Shown here in pieces: positions 56,197 to 64,000 of a stretch of DNA of 64,000 nt. Source of the stretch: Accumulibacter sp. GTDB lineage: Bacteria; Pseudomonadota; Gammaproteobacteria; Burkholderiales; Rhodocyclaceae. The DNA is taken from the NCBI RefSeq assembly GCF_029255145.1, contig NZ_JAPUVQ010000050.1, positions 15,681 to 79,680 on the forward strand, given 5' to 3'. How positions within the stretch are numbered: position 1 is the first letter of the stretch; the number at the start of each line of letters is the position of its first letter. The notes below the pieces were generated by a model. The model did not search any database. It worked only from the letters and a program-made list of their open reading frames with translations, and was not told the DNA's origin. The translations under genes and the position numbers were made by a program.

Positions 56197-57318
56197 ATGT
56201 TCGACCGCAACAGGCCCTTCAACGACCTGCCCCCCCTGCCGCCGGCGGCAGAGGTGGAGACCGCCGCCGTTCTCAAGAAGGCGATCACGGCCAGCCGTGC
56301 CCTGGCCGAGTTGAAGGGCATGGCCGAGCGCATGCCGAACCAGGCGATGTTGATCGACAGCCTGGTGCTGCAGGAAGCGCGCGCGTCGTCGGAGATCGAG
56401 AACATCCTGACGACGAACGACGAGCTGTTCAAGGCGGCGTCGGACGAAGCCCTGCCGGCCAGCGCCGAAGCCAGGGAGGTGCTGCGCTACCGGCAGGCGC
56501 TGAACTACGGCTTCCGGCAGATCAGGGAACGGCCGCTGGCCACGGGCCTGTTCATCGAAATCGCGCAGCTCATCAAGCAGACCGACGTCAGCGTGCGTCG
56601 TACGCCCGGCACACGCATCACCAACGGCCGGGGTGAGACGATCTACACGCCGCCCGAAGGCGAAGCGGTCATCCGCGACAAGCTGCGTCACCTTGAGAAC
56701 TTCATGCACGCCGAGGATGGGCCGGGAAGCGGGCCGGGAGGCGGGCCGGGAAGGGGGCCGGGAAGCGGGCTGGACGTGCTGGTGAAGATGGCGCTGGTGC
56801 ACTACCAGTTCGAGGCCATCCACCCCTTCCCCGATGGCAACGGGCGCAGCGGGCGAATCGTGAACATCCTGTACCTGGTGGACCGGGGGCTGCTCAACCT
56901 GCCGGTGCTCTACCTGTCGCGCCACATCATCGACCACAAGCCGGCCTACTACGAAGGCCTGCGGCGGGTCACCGAGGAAGGCGCCTGGGGCGACTGGGTG
57001 CTATACATGCTGGACGCGGTGGAGCAGACCTCGCTGCGCACGCGCCAGCAGATCACCGACATCATGGCGCTGATGGAAGCGGTGCGCGAACGCGTGCAAC
57101 GCGAGGCGCCCGGCGTCTACAGCAAGGACCTGATCGAGCAGATCTTCCGGCAGCCCTACTGCAAGATCCAGTTCCTCGAACGTGCCGGCATTGGCACGCG
57201 GCAGACCTGTGCCAAGTACCTGCGCGAACTGGAGCGCCTGGGCGTGCTGCACGGCGAGAAGATCGGCCGTGAGGTGTATTTCATCAACCAGGCGCTGTTC
57301 GCGCTGCTGACGCGATGA
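56197..57318 (+). CDS. fic: Fic family protein (AMPylase-type, auto-inhibited class-II-like, C-terminal winged helix)
   Basis: AAGGAGG RBS. Fic motif HPFPDGNGRSGR, N-terminal inhibitory-type motif SSEIEN = (S/T)xxxE(G/N), and a C-terminal ..TRQTCAKYLRELERLGVL.. HTH-like segment. Confidence 0.9.
   Translation: MFDRNRPFNDLPPLPPAAEVETAAVLKKAITASRALAELKGMAERMPNQAMLIDSLVLQEARASSEIENILTTNDELFKAASDEALPASAEAREVLRYRQALNYGFRQIRERPLATGLFIEIAQLIKQTDVSVRRTPGTRITNGRGETIYTPPEGEAVIRDKLRHLENFMHAEDGPGSGPGGGPGRGPGSGLDVLVKMALVHYQFEAIHPFPDGNGRSGRIVNILYLVDRGLLNLPVLYLSRHIIDHKPAYYEGLRRVTEEGAWGDWVLYMLDAVEQTSLRTRQQITDIMALMEAVRERVQREAPGVYSKDLIEQIFRQPYCKIQFLERAGIGTRQTCAKYLRELERLGVLHGEKIGREVYFINQALFALLTR
56719..56766 (+). 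repeat. in-frame 12-bp tandem repeat x4 inside fic
   Basis: GGGCCGGGAAGC / GGGCCGGGAGGC / GGGCCGGGAAGG / GGGCCGGGAAGC encodes GPGS-GPGG-GPGR-GPGS (aa 175-190). Confidence 0.9.
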
Positions 57319-57345
57319 GCAAATCGGCCGACCGCACGACACGAT

Positions 57346-57375
57346 CTGTTAAAAACATGATCGTATTTTTAACAG
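57346..57375. repeat. AT-rich perfect 10-bp inverted repeat between fic and pglY (operator- or hairpin-like)
   Basis: CTGTTAAAAA (57346-55), a 10-nt spacer, then TTTTTAACAG (57366-75). It is followed by GTTGTC..GACAAC and two ACATGT palindromes (57385-90, 57402-07). Confidence 0.85.
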
Positions 57376-57445
57376 GTTGTCGCCACATGTTCGTTTGGAC
57401 AACATGTCGGCCCCAAGGGGCGGGCCGCCGGAAAGGAAGCATTCG

Positions 57446-60400
57446 ATGCCGCTGCTGAAAGACCTGATCGCCATCCCGGAGCGCGTGCACCAGGGCGACT
57501 TCGTCCTCAATCTGGCCGACGGCGTGGCGCATGCCGAGGCGACGCTGAGCGACTACGTGGTGACGCCGCAGCTCAACGCCTCCTTCAACGATGCGCTGAA
57601 CTTCATCAAGCAGTCGGTCCAGGGCGGCACCAGCAAGGCCGCGTACCTGCACGGCAGTTTCGGCTCGGGCAAGAGCCACTTCATGGCGGTGCTCAACCTG
57701 CTGCTCGACAACAACGTGTCGGCGCGCTCGATGCCCGAGCTGGCCGACGTCGTCGCTCAGCACAACGGCTGGACGCAGGAGCGCAGGTTCCTGCTCGTCC
57801 CATATCACATGATCGGTGCGCGCAGCATGGAGTCGGCGATCCTCGGCGGCTACGCCGAGTTCGTGCGCAAGCGCCATCCGGAGGCGCCGATCCCGGGCTT
57901 CTACCTGTCGGAGCGCCTTTTTGAAGACGCGGTGCGCATGCGCGATCGCCTCGGCGACGAGGCTTTCTTCCGGGATCTGAACGCGGGGTCCGATGCCGAC
58001 GACAACGGCGGCGGCGCTGACAGCGGCTGGGGTGAGCTGAGCGGCGGCTGGGATGCGACGAGCTTCGAAGCCGCGATGCTCGAGCCGCCGAGCGGGGACG
58101 ACCGCGTGCGCCTGGTCGGCGACCTGATCAGCCGCTACTTCACGGCCATCGCCGATGTCGCCGAGAGCCGCGGCGAGGCCTTCGTGCCGCTCGACGACGG
58201 CCTGAGCATCATCAGCCGCCACGCTCACGCGCTCGGCTACGACGCGGTGATCCTGTTCCTCGACGAGCTGATCCTGTGGCTGGCCAGCCGGGCGGCCGAT
58301 GTCAGCTTCGTCAGCAGCGAGGGCACCAAGCTCGTCAAGCTGGTCGAGGCCGGCAACGCTGACCGGCCGATTCCGCTGGTCAGCTTCGTCGCCCGGCAAC
58401 GCGACCTGCGCGAACTGGTCGGCGAAAACCTCGCCGGCTCGCTGCAATTGCAGTTCAGCGACGTGCTGCGCCACTGGGAAGCGCGCTTCCACCGCATCAC
58501 GCTCGAAGACCGCAACCTGCCGGCGATCGCCGAGAAGCGCGTGCTCCGGCCGTTGTCCGAAGCGGCCCGGCAGACTCTTGGCAACGCCTTCGATGAATTC
58601 CAGAAGGTCAGGCCCGAGGTCTGGAACACGCTGCTGACCGAGACCGCGGACAAGGAGATGTTCCGCAAGGTCTATCCGTTCAGCCCGGCACTGGTGCAGA
58701 CCCTGATTGCCGTATCGGCGGCCTTGCAGCGCGAGCGCACGGCCTTGAAGCTGATGCTGCAACTGCTGGTCGATCGGCGCGACGACCTGGAACTGGGCCA
58801 GATCATCCCGGTCGGCGACCTCTTCGACGTGATCGCCGATGGCGACGAACCGTTTTCGGAAGCGATGCGCATCCACTTCGACAACGCCAAGCGGCTGTAT
58901 CGGCGGAAGCTGCTGCCGCATCTGGAACGCCAGCACGGCGTGACCTGGGAAAACATCCGCATCGGCGACGCCGACCCGGCCAGGGCGCGAGCGCTGCGCA
59001 ACGATGCGCGGCTGATCAAGACGCTGCTGCTGAGCGCGCTGGTGCCGGAAGTCGATTCCTTGAAGGCCCTGACGGCGCAACGCCTGGCCGCGCTGAACCA
59101 CGGCACGATCCGCTCGCCGATCCCCGGCCGCGAAACCCAGGACGTGCTGCGCAAGTGCAAGGAGTGGGCGGCCGACATCGGCGAGATCAAGGTCACCGAC
59201 GATACCAACTCGCTGATCTCGATCCAGGTCACCGGCGTCGACATCGAGCCCATCGTGCGCGGGCCGGCTGCCTCCAGCGACAACCCGGGCAACCGCCGGC
59301 GGCGCGTGAAAGAGATGCTGTTCGAGCAACTCGGCGTGACCGACACCAACGACCTCTTCGCCACCTACACGGTGCTGTGGCGCGGGACCCGGCGCGAGGT
59401 CGAGGTGCTGTTCGAGAACGTCCGCGAGATGTCGGACGAGAAGCTGCGCGGGCGCGCGGGCACCTGGAGCGTGGTCATCGACTTCCCGTTCGACGACCCG
59501 CAGTTCACCCCGGCCGACGATCTGGTCCGTTTGGCCGACTATCGCGGCGACGATACGCAGACCCTGGTGTGGCTGCCGTCGTTCTTCAGCGCCAGGGCGC
59601 AGCATGATCTGGGCCGGCTGGTGGTGCTGGACTACATCCTCACCGGGGAGCGCTTCAACGAGCTGGCCGCCCACCTGGCGCTGGTCGATCGCGGGCCGGC
59701 GCAGGCGCTGCTGCGCAACCAGCGCGACCAGTTGCAGCAGCGGGTTCGGCAATACCTGGAGGTGGCCTACGGCATCGCCGGCGACTCGCGCGACGCGGTG
59801 GTGAACCCGATGGCGCCCGAAGACCAGTTCCGCTCGCTGGACCGGACGCTGACGCCGCTGCCGCCGGTCGGGGCGAACCTGAAATCGGCGTTCGAGGCGC
59901 TGCTCGACCAGCTCTTCAGGCACCAATACCCGGCGCATCCGGTCTTCGATGCCGAGGTGAGGCCAGCGGTGGTGAAAAAAGTGTGGCCGGAACTGGAGCG
60001 GGCGATCGGCAGCGCCGACGGACGCGCGCCGGTCGGCGATCGCGTGCTGCGGCAACTGATCCGCTCGATCGCCGACCCGGTGCATTTGGGCAAGACGGGC
60101 GAGAGCCATTTTGTGCTGCTTGACCATTGGCGCTCGCACTTTCTCCGCGAGCAGGCCAAAGCGGGCGCCGCGATCACCGTCGCCGATCTGCGCAAGTGGA
60201 TCGACCAGCCGCTGGCGATGGGGCTGCCGGCCGAGGTGCAGAACCTGATCATCCTGGCCTTCGCCGGGCATACGAATCGCCGTTTCGTGCGCGGCCATGT
60301 CCCCTACCTGGCGAGCATCGACCAGATGCCGGACGAACTGGAGCTGCGCGAGCAGATCCTGCCCGAACCCGGCGACTGGGAGGCCGCCTGCAAGCGTGCC

Positions 60401-61129
60401 GCCGCGCTGTTCGGTCTGACGATCCCGACATCGCGCCATGCGGGTAACGTCGCCAGGCTGGTCGAGGAAGTTCAGGCCAGGGCGCGTGAGGCCCGCGAGC
60501 CGATCAGCAGCCTGGTCAGGACGCTGAACGAGAAGTCGGCCTTGTTCCCGGCGGCGAGCGACAACCGTCGCCTGCAGACGGCACGTTCGGCGCTGGCCTT
60601 GCTCGCCGGGCTGCTGAGTGCCGAAAGCGCGGCGGTGGTCACGACCCTTGCCGGGGCAACGATAGAAACCTCCGAGGTCGCCATGCGCCAGACCCTGGCC
60701 AGGGCACGTGAACTGGATGAAGCGGTTCGCACCGCAGCGTGGGACATCTTCGAGGCGATGAAGGCGCTGAACGACGAGCGGCAAACCGCCGCGCGGGCGA
60801 TCGTCGCCAGGGTGTGCGAGACACTGGCCGCCGACGAGCATGCGATCGGCTTGAAGGCGGCGCTCGACGACCAGCGCGGCAGGGCCGTGCGCTTGCTGAC
60901 CGTGGCACCGCCGCCAGCGCCTCCCGGTCCGGTGTCGCCGCCGCTGCCGCCGGAAAAACCTGCGCCGGCACCCAGGCCACGGGTAATCGTGCAGGAATCC
61001 GCCGCGGCTGACCTTGACCGCACGCAGGCGCTGGCGCTGCTCGACGATCTGCACGCCAAACTCGACAAGGACACGGACCTGCGGCTGTCGATCTCGTGGC
61101 GGCTCGAAAGGCCGGGGAGCAGCAAGTGA
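57446..61129 (+). CDS. pglY: BREX type 2 P-loop ATPase PglY
   Basis: ATG 57446 follows GGAAAGGAAG. Walker A GSFGSGKSHF. 1227 aa. Positioned directly upstream of pglZ. Confidence 0.85.
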   Translation: MPLLKDLIAIPERVHQGDFVLNLADGVAHAEATLSDYVVTPQLNASFNDALNFIKQSVQGGTSKAAYLHGSFGSGKSHFMAVLNLLLDNNVSARSMPELADVVAQHNGWTQERRFLLVPYHMIGARSMESAILGGYAEFVRKRHPEAPIPGFYLSERLFEDAVRMRDRLGDEAFFRDLNAGSDADDNGGGADSGWGELSGGWDATSFEAAMLEPPSGDDRVRLVGDLISRYFTAIADVAESRGEAFVPLDDGLSIISRHAHALGYDAVILFLDELILWLASRAADVSFVSSEGTKLVKLVEAGNADRPIPLVSFVARQRDLRELVGENLAGSLQLQFSDVLRHWEARFHRITLEDRNLPAIAEKRVLRPLSEAARQTLGNAFDEFQKVRPEVWNTLLTETADKEMFRKVYPFSPALVQTLIAVSAALQRERTALKLMLQLLVDRRDDLELGQIIPVGDLFDVIADGDEPFSEAMRIHFDNAKRLYRRKLLPHLERQHGVTWENIRIGDADPARARALRNDARLIKTLLLSALVPEVDSLKALTAQRLAALNHGTIRSPIPGRETQDVLRKCKEWAADIGEIKVTDDTNSLISIQVTGVDIEPIVRGPAASSDNPGNRRRRVKEMLFEQLGVTDTNDLFATYTVLWRGTRREVEVLFENVREMSDEKLRGRAGTWSVVIDFPFDDPQFTPADDLVRLADYRGDDTQTLVWLPSFFSARAQHDLGRLVVLDYILTGERFNELAAHLALVDRGPAQALLRNQRDQLQQRVRQYLEVAYGIAGDSRDAVVNPMAPEDQFRSLDRTLTPLPPVGANLKSAFEALLDQLFRHQYPAHPVFDAEVRPAVVKKVWPELERAIGSADGRAPVGDRVLRQLIRSIADPVHLGKTGESHFVLLDHWRSHFLREQAKAGAAITVADLRKWIDQPLAMGLPAEVQNLIILAFAGHTNRRFVRGHVPYLASIDQMPDELELREQILPEPGDWEAACKRAAALFGLTIPTSRHAGNVARLVEEVQARAREAREPISSLVRTLNEKSALFPAASDNRRLQTARSALALLAGLLSAESAAVVTTLAGATIETSEVAMRQTLARARELDEAVRTAAWDIFEAMKALNDERQTAARAIVARVCETLAADEHAIGLKAALDDQRGRAVRLLTVAPPPAPPGPVSPPLPPEKPAPAPRPRVIVQESAAADLDRTQALALLDDLHAKLDKDTDLRLSISWRLERPGSSK

Positions 61130-63873
61130 CCGGTGCCACCGGGCCTTTGTCCTTGCCGCAGCTCGAGGCACAGGCGCTCGCCGTGCTGGAGCGCGCGAGC
61201 GACGCCAAGGTCATCGCCATTCAGACCAGGACGCAGGCGGCGTGGCCGGATGCCATCAAGCTGTCGGGCCGGCCGTTCCGGCTGCGCTGGTGCGACAGCC
61301 CGTTGATGGTCCGCGAGGCGCTGTCCGCGCTGGAAGAGGGCGCTGAGGAGCAGGCCTGCCCCGGCCTGATCCTGTTGACGCCGCTGTCCGCACGCGATTT
61401 GGGCGGCGACGTGGTGGCCCGACTGGCCCGCGCTCAGGTTTTTCAGCCCGACGCCTGGGGAATGGTGCAGCAGCTCTTCAAGGCGCGCGAGATCGACGCG
61501 CGACTCGGCCGTTTCCGGTGGATGGCGCAACTGCTTGTCGAGCGGTCCGGCGTCGGTGCGTATCCGCCCGTGCCCAACGGCTTCCTCGATATGGACACGG
61601 CGTGGCGTCACGTCCTTGGCCGGTGCCTGAGTCTGGATGCCTCGACGCCGGATGCGGCAATGCTGTTGAACTGGTCTCTGGGTTCCGACGCGGCCGGGTA
61701 TTTCAACGATCTGCCCGATCAGGCCAAACCGCAGGTCACCGCCTGGCTCGGCGATTCAGCCGGAGCGGTAGGCGCGCTGGTCATGTGTTGCGTAATGGCC
61801 GGCAACACGCGGGATGCCGTCCCGCTCGGACTGGTGTGCGGCGTGGTGCTGTCGGCACAGGGCGAAGGCGTGCATGAGCTTGCCGCCGCCGCGATACGTC
61901 TCGAACGCTTCATCGGCGGCAAGCGCATCGGCACCGCCGAGGGACGTCTTTGGGGCAATGACGCCGCGAAGTGTCTGAAGGCCTTGACGCCGGCCTTGCG
62001 TCACGAGGTGATCGAACGCGCCGAGTTGCTGCTGCGCGAGCTTCATGTTGATACCTGCGCGCGTCTGAGCGATGTGCTTCCGCTCGGCCTGGAGCAGCGG
62101 CTTGCACTACTCGCGGATGCGCTCAAGACCTTCATGGCCGGGCCAGCGACGGCACAACTTCAGGCCATCGAAGGCGCGGCCGATTCGGTAACGTGCCATG
62201 CCCATGCCGATCCGGCAAGCACACGGATGCTGCGGGTGAAGATGGCCGTTCGCCTGTGTCGATGGCTGATCGCCGAGCGGCCAGACAGCAAGGATTCGAG
62301 CGAAGGTCGGGCAAGCGGGTTCGCTGACCTCGCGCAACGGTATGCCCGCGAAGGCGCTTTCGTCGATTGGGCACGTTTCAAACTGCTCGGCGGCGACGAC
62401 CTGCCGGGCCTTTCTTCAGCCTTCGTTGCCTTGCGCGAAGCGGCACGCACAAAGGCCGAGGCATTCAATCAACGCTTTGCGCAAGCCCTGCAGGTCTGGA
62501 ACCGTGAGCCCCGGGCAGAACCCGCATGCATGCCGGTGGAAGCGATTGTCGAACGCTTGCTTGCCCCACTGGCAAAGCAAACCCCGGTGCTGTTGCTGGT
62601 GGCGGACGGACTGAGTTACCCCATCTTTCGGGAGCTTTTCGAGGGCCTGGAGGCCCTGGGATGGGACGAGCAGGTCACGGCTTCGCCGACGACACTGGCG
62701 GTCGGTATCGCCGCGCTACCGACGATTACCGAAGTGAGCCGCAGCAGCCTGTTGTCGGGCCGCCTGGTGGTCGGCGCAGCAGCGCAGGAGAAGAGCGCGT
62801 TCGCAACGCATCCTGCCCTGGTCGGCGCGTCGCGCGCCGGGAGCAGGCCGGTGGTGTTCCACAAGGGCGATCTCGCAGACGCCGAAGGTTTGTCGTCGAC
62901 GGTTCGCGATGCGATCGCCTCGCCGCAGCAGCAGGTGGTGGCGGTCGTCTACAACGCCGTCGACGACCACCTGAGCGGCTCGAACCAGATCCGGGTGCGC
63001 TGGACGATCGATGATCTGCGGCTGCTTGGGCCCTTGTTGAGCGAAGCACGTCGAGCGCGGCGGGTGGTCGTGGTCACCGCCGACCATGGACATGTGATCG
63101 ACGATGGCACGGTGCAGCGTGGCCAGGGGGAAGGCGACCGCTGGCGGTTGCCATCGGGTACGCCAGACGCAGGCGAGCTGCTCTTCGAGGGTGGTCGCGT
63201 GAAGACGCCATCCGGCAACGCGGTACTCTGCATCTGGTCGGAAGGCGTCCGCCACGGAGCCAGGAAGAACGGCTATCACGGCGGGGCATCGGCACAGGAA
63301 GTCGTCGTGCCGCTGAGCGTGTTTACGCCACGCAACATGGTGCTGAAGGGCTGGCAGGTGGCGGCTGCGCCACAACCGGATTGGTGGGCGCCGCTGGAGG
63401 CCGCATTGCCAGCAGGAGGCCCTGAAACGCCGGTGCTCCCGAAGAAGCCGCCGAGAGCGAAACCGCTGGCTTCGCCCACACCACAGATCGATCTGTTCGG
63501 TGGGACGCTACCCGTCGCGGCACCCGCGCCCGCAGTGAACTGGATCGACGCCCTTCAGGCGTCGCCCGCCTACACGGCGCAGAAGGCGCTGGCAGCGCGG
63601 GTGGCGCCGGCCGATGCCGAGGTGCGCTCCCTGTTGGAGGCACTGGCGGCTCGTGGCGGGAAGCTTTCCAAAGCCGCCCTCGCGCAGCGCCTTGGCATGC
63701 CCGCAATGCGCATCAGCGGCTTTGTCAATGCCGTCAAGCGCGTGCTCAACCTTGATCAAGCCGCGGTACTGGTGCTCGACGAGACGGCGGGTACGGTGGA
63801 GCTGAACCGGGAATTGCTGGGGCGTCAGTTTCTGGTGCCCGACGCAGCAAGAGTGGCGAGAGCCGCAACCTAA
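61126..63873 (+). CDS. pglZ: BREX alkaline-phosphatase-superfamily protein PglZ
   Basis: GTG 61126 (GTGA overlap with pglY). PglZ-type motifs LLLVADGLSYPIF and VVVVTADHGH. 915 aa. Confidence 0.88.
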   Translation: MTGATGPLSLPQLEAQALAVLERASDAKVIAIQTRTQAAWPDAIKLSGRPFRLRWCDSPLMVREALSALEEGAEEQACPGLILLTPLSARDLGGDVVARLARAQVFQPDAWGMVQQLFKAREIDARLGRFRWMAQLLVERSGVGAYPPVPNGFLDMDTAWRHVLGRCLSLDASTPDAAMLLNWSLGSDAAGYFNDLPDQAKPQVTAWLGDSAGAVGALVMCCVMAGNTRDAVPLGLVCGVVLSAQGEGVHELAAAAIRLERFIGGKRIGTAEGRLWGNDAAKCLKALTPALRHEVIERAELLLRELHVDTCARLSDVLPLGLEQRLALLADALKTFMAGPATAQLQAIEGAADSVTCHAHADPASTRMLRVKMAVRLCRWLIAERPDSKDSSEGRASGFADLAQRYAREGAFVDWARFKLLGGDDLPGLSSAFVALREAARTKAEAFNQRFAQALQVWNREPRAEPACMPVEAIVERLLAPLAKQTPVLLLVADGLSYPIFRELFEGLEALGWDEQVTASPTTLAVGIAALPTITEVSRSSLLSGRLVVGAAAQEKSAFATHPALVGASRAGSRPVVFHKGDLADAEGLSSTVRDAIASPQQQVVAVVYNAVDDHLSGSNQIRVRWTIDDLRLLGPLLSEARRARRVVVVTADHGHVIDDGTVQRGQGEGDRWRLPSGTPDAGELLFEGGRVKTPSGNAVLCIWSEGVRHGARKNGYHGGASAQEVVVPLSVFTPRNMVLKGWQVAAAPQPDWWAPLEAALPAGGPETPVLPKKPPRAKPLASPTPQIDLFGGTLPVAAPAPAVNWIDALQASPAYTAQKALAARVAPADAEVRSLLEALAARGGKLSKAALAQRLGMPAMRISGFVNAVKRVLNLDQAAVLVLDETAGTVELNRELLGRQFLVPDAARVARAAT

Positions 63874-63952
63874 AAAATCGCGCTAGAGAACACAAATGGA
63901 CATTCAGCCAGACACACAGAACCTTGATCCGGCGTTTGCGACGACGGTCTCC

Positions 63953-63990
63953 TTCAACGTCGTGATTGTTCCAGGAATCACGACGTTGAA
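63953..63990. repeat. perfect 15-bp inverted repeat with 8-nt loop downstream of pglZ
   Basis: TTCAACGTCGTGATT (63953-67) / AATCACGACGTTGAA (63976-90). It lies in a visibly lower-GC stretch that starts right after the pglZ stop. Confidence 0.85.
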
Positions 63991-64000
63991 TTTCAGCCTA

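Noticed and set aside
56719-56766. Short direct repeats considered as a mini CRISPR or a phase-variation frameshift tract
   Set aside because: The units are contiguous with no spacers, are 12 bp long and are in frame. I found no long homopolymer tract of the kind reported for S. coelicolor pglX anywhere in pglX here.
57284-61171. 1295-aa minus-strand ORF, the longest ORF on that strand in this region
   Set aside because: It is exactly antisense to pglY, extremely Arg/Ala/Gly/Pro/Gln-rich, and has no motifs. The plus-strand frame has a P-loop, an RBS and coupling to pglZ. It is a GC-driven shadow ORF.

Overview
This is a densely coding, visibly GC-rich window (roughly mid-60s % G+C by eye, not computed). 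It comes from a diderm proteobacterium, since OmpA, FadL and PqiABC are present. A Betaproteobacteria-like origin is only an impression. I can support about 55 protein genes, three terminator-like hairpin sites and several repeats or operator-like palindromes. I saw no rRNA, tRNA, CRISPR array, transposase or integrase.

- 1-22.6 kb: truncated fghA, an HDOD-REC-GGDEF protein, cupin plus SRAP, menE-menF-menD, pyruvate kinase, TerB-like, transglutaminase-like, prpE / degenerate RR-GGDEF / acuI, NlpC/P60, a ferric ABC transporter (fbpA, fbpB on the opposite strand, fbpC), and the aat-bpt N-degron transferases.
- 22.6-28.3 kb: a translationally coupled five-gene non-canonical Hsp70 module (TPR protein, J-like protein lacking HPD, GrpE-like, Hsp70, zinc-ribbon protein).
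- 28.4-47 kb: a HAMP protein, AraC plus small secreted proteins plus a FadL-like porin, pqiA (two genes)-pqiB-pqiC-mscK-like, OmpA-like, an acyltransferase-3, and hsp20-lon.
- 47.5-63.9 kb: the standout, a type 2 BREX / Pgl phage-defence locus (XRE regulator, pglW, pglX, pglY, pglZ) with atypical content. pglX is split into two ORFs by an inserted 115-aa gene. A 68-aa ORF and a Fic (AMPylase) gene carrying an in-frame 12-bp x4 repeat sit between pglX and pglY. brxD/brxHI are not reached before the window ends.

Most long opposite-strand ORFs in the track are GC-driven antisense shadows. All family calls are from motif recognition by eye; no searches were run.
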